DNA of 64,000 bases from the IMG/VR virus record IMGVR_UViG_3300044551_000092, positions 142,291 through 206,290 of that record; one strand, 5' to 3'. Of the stretch, positions 48,410 to 58,030 are shown in pieces (the first letter of the stretch is position 1; the number at the start of each line of letters is the position of its first letter). The notes under the pieces were generated by a model. The model had not been told where the DNA came from. It searched no databases and worked only from the letters and a program-made list of their open reading frames with translations. A program made the position numbers and the translations under genes. This stretch comes from a virus (Duplodnaviria; Caudoviricetes).

Positions 48410-48820
48410 TTAAAATGAGAAAGATAACTGATTTTCATCAATTTCTGAATTAAAGACGCCAATCAAACGACGATTTTTAACAACATAAAGCTGTTTACCT
48501 AAACAATACTCGTCATCATCAAGATTAACTGTATCGCCAATTAAGAGAGAACACAGTGAACGAACCTGCTGTGCGTTAATTCTGGGTTGTTCAATCAATT
48601 GTGCTTCACAACAATTCACTTCAACTTTGCACGTTGCGGCTACATAGAGATGGTATTTTGCACCGCACAAAGGGCAAACAATATCTTCTTTTTCCCGATC
48701 GTCCTCAAGATCTTTAGCCAATTCAATCGTTTGATCGTAGATATTAGTATGAATGCGATGTCCACACGTGCAAAGCAAATATCCATCCGGTAGAGTATCT
48801 TTATAATCCCGTTTATTCAT
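48410..48820 (-). CDS. Zinc-ribbon protein with C-terminal clamp-binding-like motif
   Basis: CTCGH..CPLC; ends QLSFSF. Confidence 0.5.
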   Translation of the reverse strand: MNKRDYKDTLPDGYLLCTCGHRIHTNIYDQTIELAKDLEDDREKEDIVCPLCGAKYHLYVAATCKVEVNCCEAQLIEQPRINAQQVRSLCSLLIGDTVNLDDDEYCLGKQLYVVKNRRLIGVFNSEIDENQLSFSF

Positions 48821-49280
48821 GGTTTTCACCTGCGTTCAACCAATTTTGAAAATCCTGAGAATACTCGAATATTGGCAAACTCGAAAGATAAGCCGACGTT
48901 TCTGCTGGCGACAGTTCTGTTTCATAAATACCTTCCATGACTTCACTTATACCTCGTTGATCAAGTAACTCATATAAAAGAGAATAGATCTCTTCCGTGT
49001 AATCTGATTCTTCCACCCCGTCTGGAACATGATAACCATAACCGTCTTGTAGAGTTCTTTCTGCTTCCCAAAAATCGGACTCGACAATGTACACGGCAAT
49101 TGTACCTTCATTAGGCGAATGGCCGAAGGCAAATATAAAATGAAGATTCATTTCTAAATTTGCTAGTATTTGATTATTAGCTGTTGATTTGGCACTAATA
49201 CCTGTCTCATTTTTTGATTTTTCTTCTTCGGCTTTTTTTAGCCATTCTAAACGTTCTAAATAAGGCTTCAATAATTCCAT
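48813..49280 (-). CDS. Acidic hypothetical protein with MELI-type N-terminal tag
   Basis: MELLKPYLER; G-rich RBS. Confidence 0.6.
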   Translation of the reverse strand: MELLKPYLERLEWLKKAEEEKSKNETGISAKSTANNQILANLEMNLHFIFAFGHSPNEGTIAVYIVESDFWEAERTLQDGYGYHVPDGVEESDYTEEIYSLLYELLDQRGISEVMEGIYETELSPAETSAYLSSLPIFEYSQDFQNWLNAGENHE

Positions 49281-49309
49281 CTATAATCCCCCCCGATTTT
49301 TTCAATAAA

Positions 49310-50131
49310 TCAAACTGGTTCAATTAACTCTGTCAGTGCGCTCTTTTCCATTCGCGCCATATCAATCAGCCAAAAGTCATCACCATTTTTCATTACATCA
49401 ATTGACCATTTACCCATTAAACCAGTAACACCTTCTAAGTAAGAACTTATCTCATGAGCAATCATCTTTTTATATGATTCATAATTTTCAAGTAAATTTG
49501 GTAGAGCTTGTTTATACATAAATTTATCCTTATCACGAAGATGATTTAACATCAGGTCAGGATGCCAATAGTTGGCCACACCAAGTAACTTTTTCTTATC
49601 AAAATCATAAAAATAACGAAATTCAGTGTGTAGCGGCATCCCTTCATATATTTTTGGCCAGTGATCCTTGTCTTCGATAAACTCACGAAACACGACTTCA
49701 GCTGTACAGTCGGCGCCCAAAATCATGGATTCGTAATAAATATCTAACATCTGAGCGCCGAGCTGAGAACGGTCCTTACAATAACAAAATTTGAAGACAA
49801 ATTTATCACTGAAAATCCCTGTTTTAATAAACAAGGGTTTGTCCTTTTGAAAATTACCAACAAAAGAATTTAGTTCTCTATTAAATGATTGCTTTGCTTC
49901 TTCGGTATAATGATCGGAACGTAACCAATTTACTGTCTCTTGGTCTAGTGTAAAGAAACGTGTCTCTGGAATTTTTAGAATTGTTTTATCCCGTGTTTTA
50001 GAAGTGGCGATTTTTGGAAACCAATATGACATATTTTCCGGATTGGCTCGTGCGTCTTCATAAAATTCCCGATGTATTTTTTCTAATTCTTCCTGTGTTG
50101 GTATTTTAAAATTTGGAATAAATTTTTTCAT
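49310..50131 (-). CDS. ATP-grasp fold protein (Cdc123/R2K-like)
   Basis: LFIKT...S.K, VFREFI, EFRYF, WSIDV....FWLIDM; RBS AAGGGAG. Confidence 0.6.
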   Translation of the reverse strand: MKKFIPNFKIPTQEELEKIHREFYEDARANPENMSYWFPKIATSKTRDKTILKIPETRFFTLDQETVNWLRSDHYTEEAKQSFNRELNSFVGNFQKDKPLFIKTGIFSDKFVFKFCYCKDRSQLGAQMLDIYYESMILGADCTAEVVFREFIEDKDHWPKIYEGMPLHTEFRYFYDFDKKKLLGVANYWHPDLMLNHLRDKDKFMYKQALPNLLENYESYKKMIAHEISSYLEGVTGLMGKWSIDVMKNGDDFWLIDMARMEKSALTELIEPV

Positions 50132-50198
50132 ATTATTTTCTCCCTTCAAAAAATAGGATTTGATTATGTATGGAGACATTTCTGTCTCCGAGAAAATA

Positions 50199-50450
50199 TT
50201 ATTTACTTTTTTCATAGTCTTCAATGTTTTTTTTAATCAGTTCGAAAGCTTCAGCTTCGGACTTAAATCTGAGATCGGTGACTTCAAACAAAAAATCTCC
50301 GCTTTCACGATCATAGACCAAAGCACCAACGGTATCTCCGATTTGATCAATGTCGTGATAAGGGAAGCAACCTGTGTCATCGAGTTCAAAATCAATATCC
50401 TGATAGGCTAAAGAAATGATCTGAACCTTATACTTCTCGTTTAATGTCAT
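50199..50450 (-). CDS. Small acidic hypothetical protein
   Basis: RBS GAGGTG. Confidence 0.5.
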   Translation of the reverse strand: MTLNEKYKVQIISLAYQDIDFELDDTGCFPYHDIDQIGDTVGALVYDRESGDFLFEVTDLRFKSEAEAFELIKKNIEDYEKSK

Positions 50451-50463
50451 TCTTACACCTCTT

Positions 50464-50703
50464 TCAGTAAATATCCGGGAGACCATATTCTACTTCAAAA
50501 GTTTCGCGAATAGCAGTAATTTTCTTAATATCGTGTTCAAAAACCGGTGTGTGTTGGTAAGTGGCTGAGTTGTAAATACGGCGCATGTTTTCAACAAATT
50601 CTTCAATTAAAGAATCTATCTGATCTTGCAGTTCAATTTGAGCGTTGGTAGGCTCTCCGTCCTCAAAGTAGCCTAATTCATCGTCTGTGACAGCAATATT
50701 CAT
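50464..50703 (-). CDS. Small acidic hypothetical protein
   Basis: RBS AAGGGG. Confidence 0.5.
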   Translation of the reverse strand: MNIAVTDDELGYFEDGEPTNAQIELQDQIDSLIEEFVENMRRIYNSATYQHTPVFEHDIKKITAIRETFEVEYGLPDIY

Positions 50704-50716
50704 AGAGCATCGCCCC

Positions 50717-51982
50717 TTATTGTTTCGTAATGTCGAGCTGTTGATCTGCTTGAAAATCTTTTATTTCCACGTCTTGTTTTAAACCCGGGATCTGCACGGG
50801 AAGAATTAAATCTAAATTACGATGATCGACACCGGCTTCTGCTAAAATAAATGGTTTAAGTTGACCAACAAAACCAATGTTAATCATGCTCTGTGCAGGA
50901 TAATGCTCTAAAGCTTCACGAATATAATTTGCGTTAACGCCCATCTGGAGATCAGCGCCGGCTGCTTGTTCACTGAGCGCCAAATCTTCGACAAACTCAC
51001 TTTTCTTCCCTTTCTCATCCGGAGAAATCATGCGGAGCTGACGATCTTCCGGTTTAATTTTGAGTATAGAGGGGCGTTCCTCGTTCATCAAAAGTGAACG
51101 CTTAACAAGGCCTAATAGCTGGCCGGCATTAGCAACAATCTTTGTTGGAAAAGTATTAATCTGAATCAGGCGGTCAGTATTGGGATATTTGCCATCCAAC
51201 AATCGACTAACGATAGTTAAATTGCCCAAATTAAAAGAGGCAAATTTACTGGCAGCGTTAATTGTAACCTTATCTACGGTCGCCAGCTGTTTCATTAGTT
51301 CTTTAATACTGATCGCGGGTACAACGACATCAATAGCCGCTGCTTCTTCTTTAAATTCATAATAAGCTTGAGCCAAGCGATAGCGGTTTGTTGCAACAAG
51401 CGTTAAGCCTTTGCCCTGTATCACATGATGCACACCGGCTAAAATCGGTTTCGATTCATCGCTGGCAGTGGCAAACACCGTCCGCTGATACATCGAAGTC
51501 AACACGTCGGAGGGCAGTGTTACGGAAACGGCATCCTTAATGTCCTGTTCCTTGGGAAATTCAATACCATCAAGAATAGATAATTTAAACAAAGTGCTGC
51601 CCGATTTAATCGAAGCGATTCCGTCTTTCACTGTAATCTTTGTTTTGCTACGCGGAAGATTCCGAACAATATTAGCAAAAGAACGGTCCTGAAAAACAAA
51701 CTCACTTTCGTGGCCATAAAGAATTTCAAAATTATCTTTTTTAGGAACAACCAGAGTGGTTCCAAAATCACTATTTTCAGCACGAAGAATTAACTTATCT
51801 TTTGTGATTTTAAAATAAATACCGGTTAAAATAGCTTTCGGCGACTGTTTAGCTGCAGTTCGCGCGACACGACTTACACTGTTGGATAAGGTTTCAGTTT
51901 TTATTTCAAATTGAACATCTGGTGCTAACTCTTCATCGACTTTCTTTTCAATATCCAATACTTCTGCTTCGTTTACAGCCAT
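50717..51982 (-). CDS. dnaN: DNA polymerase III beta sliding clamp
   Basis: ILTGI, EFP, TVFA...DESKPILAGV, VATNRYRLA, SRLLDGKYP, N..Y..EAL, LILPV. Confidence 0.9.
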   Translation of the reverse strand: MAVNEAEVLDIEKKVDEELAPDVQFEIKTETLSNSVSRVARTAAKQSPKAILTGIYFKITKDKLILRAENSDFGTTLVVPKKDNFEILYGHESEFVFQDRSFANIVRNLPRSKTKITVKDGIASIKSGSTLFKLSILDGIEFPKEQDIKDAVSVTLPSDVLTSMYQRTVFATASDESKPILAGVHHVIQGKGLTLVATNRYRLAQAYYEFKEEAAAIDVVVPAISIKELMKQLATVDKVTINAASKFASFNLGNLTIVSRLLDGKYPNTDRLIQINTFPTKIVANAGQLLGLVKRSLLMNEERPSILKIKPEDRQLRMISPDEKGKKSEFVEDLALSEQAAGADLQMGVNANYIREALEHYPAQSMINIGFVGQLKPFILAEAGVDHRNLDLILPVQIPGLKQDVEIKDFQADQQLDITKQ

Positions 51983-52000
51983 AATTAGTTTCCTCTCATT

Positions 52001-52180
52001 TCAAATATTTTTAAAGCGTTTGGTTTTTCGCCTTTTCTCAATTGTATGAAATAGTTTTGATAAACCAAATTCAAATCTAAAGAAAAACTGATGATTACGA
52101 TGAACCATTTTGAAACTGAATCCGAACAGAAGGAAAGATAGCAAAAGAAAACTAAAAAAAATCATAAACCAAAAAGTCAT
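52001..52180 (-). CDS. Small single-TM protein (59 aa, below track cutoff)
   Basis: RBS GGAGGAG; MTFWFMIFFSFLLLSFLLFGFSF followed by a basic tail. Confidence 0.55.
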   Translation of the reverse strand: MTFWFMIFFSFLLLSFLLFGFSFKMVHRNHQFFFRFEFGLSKLFHTIEKRRKTKRFKNI

Positions 52181-52240
52181 GGTGCTCCTCCATTTTTCTT
52201 TTTCATACTGAAATAATGAAATTTAATTTTGTTATCTTTT

Positions 52241-52582
52241 TTAAGCATCCGCTTCACTCACAGCTTTTCTAGCGTAAAAAAGCAATATCTCATAATCATG
52301 CGATGTGATAAGAAATTTTCCCTCCTTCGGATAATATTTATTCGTGATTTTTTTAATTTCTTCCCTCGGCGACAACGGATTGATAATTTTCTTCCTGCTA
52401 TAGGCCGCTCTAATAATATCGATAAACGTTTCTTCGCTAAGCAGATAATCTTCATCTGGCGACATTTTTCCAATTGCTTTGTAAATTCTGTAAACTGGGC
52501 TAAAACCGTCGACTCTAATATTCAAATTATCAATAACCTTTTGTTTAACTGCTTTTTTCAGCACATATATGTCTTCATTCAT
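52241..52582 (-). CDS. Hypothetical protein
   Basis: RBS AAGGGAG. Confidence 0.55.
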   Translation of the reverse strand: MNEDIYVLKKAVKQKVIDNLNIRVDGFSPVYRIYKAIGKMSPDEDYLLSEETFIDIIRAAYSRKKIINPLSPREEIKKITNKYYPKEGKFLITSHDYEILLFYARKAVSEADA

Positions 52583-52626
52583 TGCTCTTGCTCCCTTTCC
52601 AGCTTATCGTTCTCTCTCCTCAGATT

Positions 52627-52893
52627 TTAATCAAAGTAATCTTCTTTATAGCTCAAATCGTTTTGTAACTGTTTGATTTTTTGAAGCACTTCTTTATTTT
52701 TCGTATGATGTAACCAATCTACTAGTTTATCTAAAACTATATCTGCCGGAACTTCACCAAGATAGACACTCATAACACCAACGGCTTGTTTATCTTTATA
52801 GATTTCATTCATACGAAAATGCATAGATCCAGCCTTAACTTTTTTACAGGTATCGTATATCGCTTTAAAACTACTTTTTTCGTCTTCGGTCAT
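52627..52893 (-). CDS. Hypothetical protein
   Basis: RBS AAGGAG. Confidence 0.55.
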   Translation of the reverse strand: MTEDEKSSFKAIYDTCKKVKAGSMHFRMNEIYKDKQAVGVMSVYLGEVPADIVLDKLVDWLHHTKNKEVLQKIKQLQNDLSYKEDYFD

Positions 52894-52905
52894 ATTTTTA
52901 GCTCC

Positions 52906-55900
52906 TTAGGCAAACAAGGTTAACTGTCCTTCGACAGCACGATCTTTCTTTTTTAAACCCTTATTAAAGGCTTTAGCATCTTCGACAACTGAAATAACTT
53001 CTTCAAAGTGAGCTAGATATTCAGCCAGTGCTTCAGAAGAAATATTACCAGCAGCGGCTTCTTTCTTAATATCTTCCATCAGTCCATTCGCGATCGCGCG
53101 GACTTTCTCAATACCCCCTTCAATTGGGTTCATGTCATAGTCGTCATAGGTATTGTATTTAGCGCTTTGCAGCTCGGCATAGGATTGATTTAATTTTTGA
53201 AACCGGTCATGAATTGTATTGACGTTGTCCAGTTTGCCTTCATTCATCAAATTCTTAGCCAGCGCCATCATACTGTCTCCGCTGTCGGCCATTGTTCGAA
53301 GTCCTTCTTCACTGAACTTCCCCTGCATGGCCATTGCCGCGTCAATCTTCTGAGCGATATTATTCAGTACATCCTGCTGAATCGTATGTGAATAAGCTAA
53401 CGTATAAACTTTAACTGGTTTTGTTTGTTTAATCCGCCAGCTTCGACGTGAAGACTGCATATAGTTAAACACTGAGTAATCCTGCTGATAATAAATGATG
53501 TTCGGAAAATCTAGCAAATCTAGGCCAACCTTCACCAAGCGTGCATTGGTAATCAATACATCCCAGTTATGGGTTTTCATCATTTGTTTAAGCCATTTTT
53601 CACGACCTTTAGAATTGACAGGCATTCGAATCCCATCGTAGCTCCCAGAAGAACGTAAGATGCCGACATTGTATCCCATACCCTTCAAACGATCATATAG
53701 ATACGTATCCATTGACGTATAAGCTCGATTGCCGGAATAACGAACATATACAAGTGATTTCCGTCCCTGATCTAGTTCATCATCAATGATATTCACGAGT
53801 TCCAAAAACTTAGTCGGCACAAAAGATTCGGGAAATTTCTGTGGATGAGCCAGAATCTGCTCAACCCCATCCTCGTCATATGTTTTTACAACGTCCATAT
53901 TAAATGGTGCATCACAGTACTGATACATCGTATTAATGTAATTTGAAACAAAACTTATACCGGATTGAAACATGGTGCTTCGTAAATATCCCTTCATTAC
54001 ACTGTTCAAATGGTCATAAGCTTCTTTCTGTTGCGAATCCATATCAACCAATACGGGAATCTCCTGATAAGGTGGAAGTGCATATCCTAAATCAGAAAGC
54101 TCCAAGAACACACAGTTGCTCATAAGATAAGTTGGAAACAGATGTGGTGATAGTCCAGGCTTCTCATTAGATGCAATTTGTTTTTGCACTGATTGATTAG
54201 CACTGTTGTATTTAATTTCATAAACCCCGTAACGGTTAATAAAACTGCCTTTATCTTCATACTGAATGCCTTCACGATGCAATTTCTTTGAATCTAAACG
54301 GGCAAGTAAGTAAAAGATGTCGCTAGACATACCACCCATCAAAGTGCCTGTTAAAAGAATCTGCTTTTCGGTTGCATTGATCAGCTGACCAAATGCTTTG
54401 CCAATTTCAGAGTCGCCGCTTTTATATTCGTGGACTTCGTCAGCAATTAAATATTTAAAAAATCCGCGACGTAACTTTTTATTAATCACCCACGCCGGAG
54501 AAATTTTACGCTTTAAGGAGTCAGGTGGCAGCTGTTCCGGCTGCCACAAAACATAACCGCATTCTTGAATAGGCTTGTTTTTATCTTTCACTTCAGACTT
54601 TGGAAGTTCTTTTGTAAGCACATTACGAGTGCAGACCCAATTCGTACTAACTTTAATTTTTTCTTTCCATTTGCTTCCGACTCTTTGTTCAAAAAAGTGA
54701 GACCCAGCAATCCGTTTCTTTTTTTCATGTAACGGGTTGCCACAATGTGGGCAATAGAAACCCGTATCAGACGCCTCATACATTGTACGGATATCCGGAT
54801 GGTCATCAGTGCCCCAATTTACAAAGCCTTTCTTAAAGCGGACACGTGGGCGTTTTGGCAATGGTTTACCGTTTTTAATCGCGTCGGCTCGTGCAAGTCG
54901 ATAATTAGTCAATATTTCATGAGCCGTTCCACTATTTTGTCTCCAGTCTTTAATGGGGGACAATTTATAATGATATTTAGCCAGGTCACTGTTCATCACG
55001 TAATACTCAATCTCAGTAGGATGATATGGTTTCTGGCGTAGTGCGAGTGCATCGCGCCAACTTTTAATTTCGTAGACTTTCACATTCGGTATTCGCTCTT
55101 TAATTTCACGTTTCCATTTTTCAACCATGATGCTTGGTGAGTAGACTAGCACGCGATAAGGGCCCGCATGATCGGAATGTTTGCGTAAGGATTCAGTAAT
55201 ATATGGCGCACTTTCTCCAATCGCCGTTTTTCCCGTACCCATTTCTCCCACGACAAAGCAGTAGTGATCTTCTAATAAAGTTTTAGAAATTCCCATTACT
55301 GTATCGGCCTGTGGAGGAAACAGTCCTGTTATTCCTTGTTGATTTGCAGTTATATTCAACTGTTTAAAAGCCGGACTATGTTCGTCTTGTTCAGGATCAA
55401 ATCGTGATCTTGTATTTTCTTTAATTCGTTCTCCAAGAGCGCCAGCAAAATGCTCCAAATAGGTAGATAGATCCGTGCAATTCTCTAATATGCCCTGTGT
55501 CCGGCCATCCTCCATCATTGCAAAATCTAAATCGTATGATTTCACGCCTTCAGATATAATCTGCTCAAATTGTCTTTCCGTGAGACACAATAAGCCAGCT
55601 TTTAGGTCATAATGATTAGCAAAAGATTGTACGATCAACGGACGATAATAGTGATGCTCAATCAACGCGTCAACAATATAATCTTTCCAATCTTTAAGCA
55701 TAGGTGTATTGTATTTTTCCCATAACACCTTGTAAATTTGATCACGGATATTACCATCCCAAGCAAGAATCAGATCGCCAAGATCATCGGGAACTTTCTT
55801 TACAGAAGGATCCGTTGCGTTATTTTCTTCCATCCAATGATCGCATTGTTTCTGAAATTCCCGTCGAACGTTGATATCCTGCTGAATGTTTTTATGAACA

Positions 55901-56223
55901 TAAAGACATTCTTCAATCTCATCAATTTTAGATGAGAAACTTAAATACTTCTTGGTTTTCTTAAAATATAAGTTCTTACGTGAATAACGGACATTGTTTT
56001 CGTATTTAATTGGACCAAGAGACCCCGTGTGCCCTTGCTGTATTAATAAATCAGCGTAGGCAATTTGTGATGGCTTGGCTAATAAATTACAGAGATAAAC
56101 ATCATTCGTTGATGAAGTGACAAGCAAATCGATATAAGTAGTGGCCGGTTGATTGCGACCGTTATAAATATGGACATTATGCAGCTTGTCATAATAATCC
56201 GTCGTTGTTTCCAAGTCCATCAT
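52906..56223 (-). CDS. SF2 (SNF2-like) helicase with zinc-finger insert
   Basis: GEMGTGKT, IADEVHE, LLTGT, GLDL, QSSRRSWRIKQ; CPHC insert; ends QLTLFA. Confidence 0.85.
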   Translation of the reverse strand: MMDLETTTDYYDKLHNVHIYNGRNQPATTYIDLLVTSSTNDVYLCNLLAKPSQIAYADLLIQQGHTGSLGPIKYENNVRYSRKNLYFKKTKKYLSFSSKIDEIEECLYVHKNIQQDINVRREFQKQCDHWMEENNATDPSVKKVPDDLGDLILAWDGNIRDQIYKVLWEKYNTPMLKDWKDYIVDALIEHHYYRPLIVQSFANHYDLKAGLLCLTERQFEQIISEGVKSYDLDFAMMEDGRTQGILENCTDLSTYLEHFAGALGERIKENTRSRFDPEQDEHSPAFKQLNITANQQGITGLFPPQADTVMGISKTLLEDHYCFVVGEMGTGKTAIGESAPYITESLRKHSDHAGPYRVLVYSPSIMVEKWKREIKERIPNVKVYEIKSWRDALALRQKPYHPTEIEYYVMNSDLAKYHYKLSPIKDWRQNSGTAHEILTNYRLARADAIKNGKPLPKRPRVRFKKGFVNWGTDDHPDIRTMYEASDTGFYCPHCGNPLHEKKKRIAGSHFFEQRVGSKWKEKIKVSTNWVCTRNVLTKELPKSEVKDKNKPIQECGYVLWQPEQLPPDSLKRKISPAWVINKKLRRGFFKYLIADEVHEYKSGDSEIGKAFGQLINATEKQILLTGTLMGGMSSDIFYLLARLDSKKLHREGIQYEDKGSFINRYGVYEIKYNSANQSVQKQIASNEKPGLSPHLFPTYLMSNCVFLELSDLGYALPPYQEIPVLVDMDSQQKEAYDHLNSVMKGYLRSTMFQSGISFVSNYINTMYQYCDAPFNMDVVKTYDEDGVEQILAHPQKFPESFVPTKFLELVNIIDDELDQGRKSLVYVRYSGNRAYTSMDTYLYDRLKGMGYNVGILRSSGSYDGIRMPVNSKGREKWLKQMMKTHNWDVLITNARLVKVGLDLLDFPNIIYYQQDYSVFNYMQSSRRSWRIKQTKPVKVYTLAYSHTIQQDVLNNIAQKIDAAMAMQGKFSEEGLRTMADSGDSMMALAKNLMNEGKLDNVNTIHDRFQKLNQSYAELQSAKYNTYDDYDMNPIEGGIEKVRAIANGLMEDIKKEAAAGNISSEALAEYLAHFEEVISVVEDAKAFNKGLKKKDRAVEGQLTLFA

Positions 56224-56252
56224 CCTTTCTAATACTTGTGTTACATAATGTG

Positions 56253-57500
56253 TTACATTATTTGATGAAAATCACCATTATGATCTAAATACTTAATGTT
56301 TATATCAAAATATTCCCGCTCTTTCATGCGAGTCAATCCGTTTTCAGTATAGGTTGAGCGACGTTTTAATTTAATGGCACTCCCTTTAACTAAATGCTGA
56401 TCCGGTCCGCTACCGATATAGCCATTCAAATTTCCGCTTGTTAACAGTAGCATGATGTGTCCTTTATGCAGAGGCGTCGGTGAAACAAAATCATTTTCTG
56501 ATAGTGATCGATCATAATCTTCTCTAAACTTTTTGATTAAAGTAGATTTATGACTGGATTCTAAAATTTCTTCTGGTGACAAAGGGCCTACACGAAAATA
56601 CTCGACCAGATCTTCTTTGGTTTCCGGGACTTTATAGAGCGGCTTAGCCTGAATCGTGAGTGGCTCAATATCTTCGGGATGCTTAAATTTAGTCTCAGCC
56701 AGTAAAATACCGCCATCTCGATCATTGATGCGTTTAATACGTTTTCGAGCAATAATTATACAGCGCCCATAGGAATAGTAATCGTCATGATCTTCCAATC
56801 GCAAAATCTTAATATCTGTAAAGTTGTTATACAGCTTAATGCTTATTTTCTGATCGATTAATTCCTTTGGCGTCAGCATAATGAGCAATCCGCCGGGAAT
56901 CAAACGTTCGATTGCGTTTGCTAACAAAAAATCATCGTCCCGTAGGGTTCCAAGCCGTCGCTCCTGTTCTCTAGATGCGCGCCTGAATAAGATTTTCTGA
57001 TGCTCGATCGCTTTTGCTAACCGTGCGTCCGCTTTCTTCTTTTGAGCTGCCAGCTGTTCTTTAGAAAACCCTTCTTTGGATAAATCAAGTTGATTTCCAA
57101 CTAGTGCTTTAGCTTCTGCAATTTTCTCCTTTGCAAGCCTTTCATAGTCCGGTTCCTGATAAGCACTAATATTTTCGTAGACTTCTTCATAAAGACTATT
57201 GCTGATCTCGGCGTCAACGACAACAACCGAGAATGCTTCTTTAGAAATCCGAGACTGATCAAGATAAAATGACTTGCAAACCTTTTTAAAATATTCTGCA
57301 GCTTGATTAGCAGAGTAATCATTTTGTTCAATACCATATAGAGATACCTGTTCCGGAGGCACCCTCTTAGTCAATCTGCGAAGAAAATTACCGTCAGAAC
57401 AACGATAATCTAACAGATTAAAATGCTTTTCATGGGGAAATTCCAGATAGGTACGAAGAACTTCCGTACAAAAGCTATTTAATTTATCATTAATTTCCAA
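56253..57500 (-). CDS. Methyltransferase-fold protein (DUF6094-like) with degenerate motifs
   Basis: LLDYRCSDG (motif I-like), LYGIE, L.PGGLLI, C-terminal PLHKGH..LLLTSG.LNG..HLVKG; no NPPY. Confidence 0.65.
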   Translation of the reverse strand: MEINDKLNSFCTEVLRTYLEFPHEKHFNLLDYRCSDGNFLRRLTKRVPPEQVSLYGIEQNDYSANQAAEYFKKVCKSFYLDQSRISKEAFSVVVVDAEISNSLYEEVYENISAYQEPDYERLAKEKIAEAKALVGNQLDLSKEGFSKEQLAAQKKKADARLAKAIEHQKILFRRASREQERRLGTLRDDDFLLANAIERLIPGGLLIMLTPKELIDQKISIKLYNNFTDIKILRLEDHDDYYSYGRCIIIARKRIKRINDRDGGILLAETKFKHPEDIEPLTIQAKPLYKVPETKEDLVEYFRVGPLSPEEILESSHKSTLIKKFREDYDRSLSENDFVSPTPLHKGHIMLLLTSGNLNGYIGSGPDQHLVKGSAIKLKRRSTYTENGLTRMKEREYFDINIKYLDHNGDFHQIM

Positions 57501-57514
57501 AGTCCATCACCTTC

Positions 57515-57919
57515 TCAATCGTAAAATAGTGCATGAGATAAATCAGAATAGACACGTTGAAACAAACGAATATCAACGCCGGCAGAAACATAACCAGAGA
57601 CGTTTTTTAGGGATTTGCCATGATAGCTTTTTGTATCTATTGAAACGCCTTCCGCATTAGTTGCACACTTAAAAATAACATATGGAACAGGCTGGTTAAG
57701 GTAAAAATGAATAGAGTCAAAGTCACGTGTAAAACGTATAATTACACGATAATCTTGATCATCTATCTGATAGTGTTTTGAATAGATTGCAAATTTAGTT
57801 GTACTTCTTTGGACCTCATAAAAGTCTAAAACTTTTAGCTTCATCTCCGTCAAATTCATATCTATACCCTTTAATCGAAAGGGTGGATGACGGTAGAGAT
57901 AGGCTTGTATCAATTCCAT
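57515..57919 (-). CDS. Hypothetical protein with MELI-type N-terminal tag
   Basis: MELIQAYLYR; RBS GGTG; own extended -10 upstream. Confidence 0.6.
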   Translation of the reverse strand: MELIQAYLYRHPPFRLKGIDMNLTEMKLKVLDFYEVQRSTTKFAIYSKHYQIDDQDYRVIIRFTRDFDSIHFYLNQPVPYVIFKCATNAEGVSIDTKSYHGKSLKNVSGYVSAGVDIRLFQRVYSDLSHALFYD

Positions 57920-57969
57920 AGTTTTTTCACCACGATAATTATCTAAAGATCATTATAGCATAAAAAAAG

Positions 57970-58020
57970 ACAAGATTATCTAAATTTAGATGAAACACAG
58001 TGAAATTTAGATAATCTTGT
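57970..58020. repeat. Perfect 18-bp inverted repeat (terminator or operator)
   Basis: ACAAGATTATCTAAATTT-15 nt-AAATTTAGATAATCTTGT, T run follows on the minus strand. Confidence 0.7.
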
Positions 58021-58030
58021 AGAAAAAGAA

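Noticed and set aside
18740-57940. MELI tag as a DNA repeat or integron-like cassette junction
   Set aside because: Upstream sequences and synonymous positions are not conserved, and no flanking repeat was seen.
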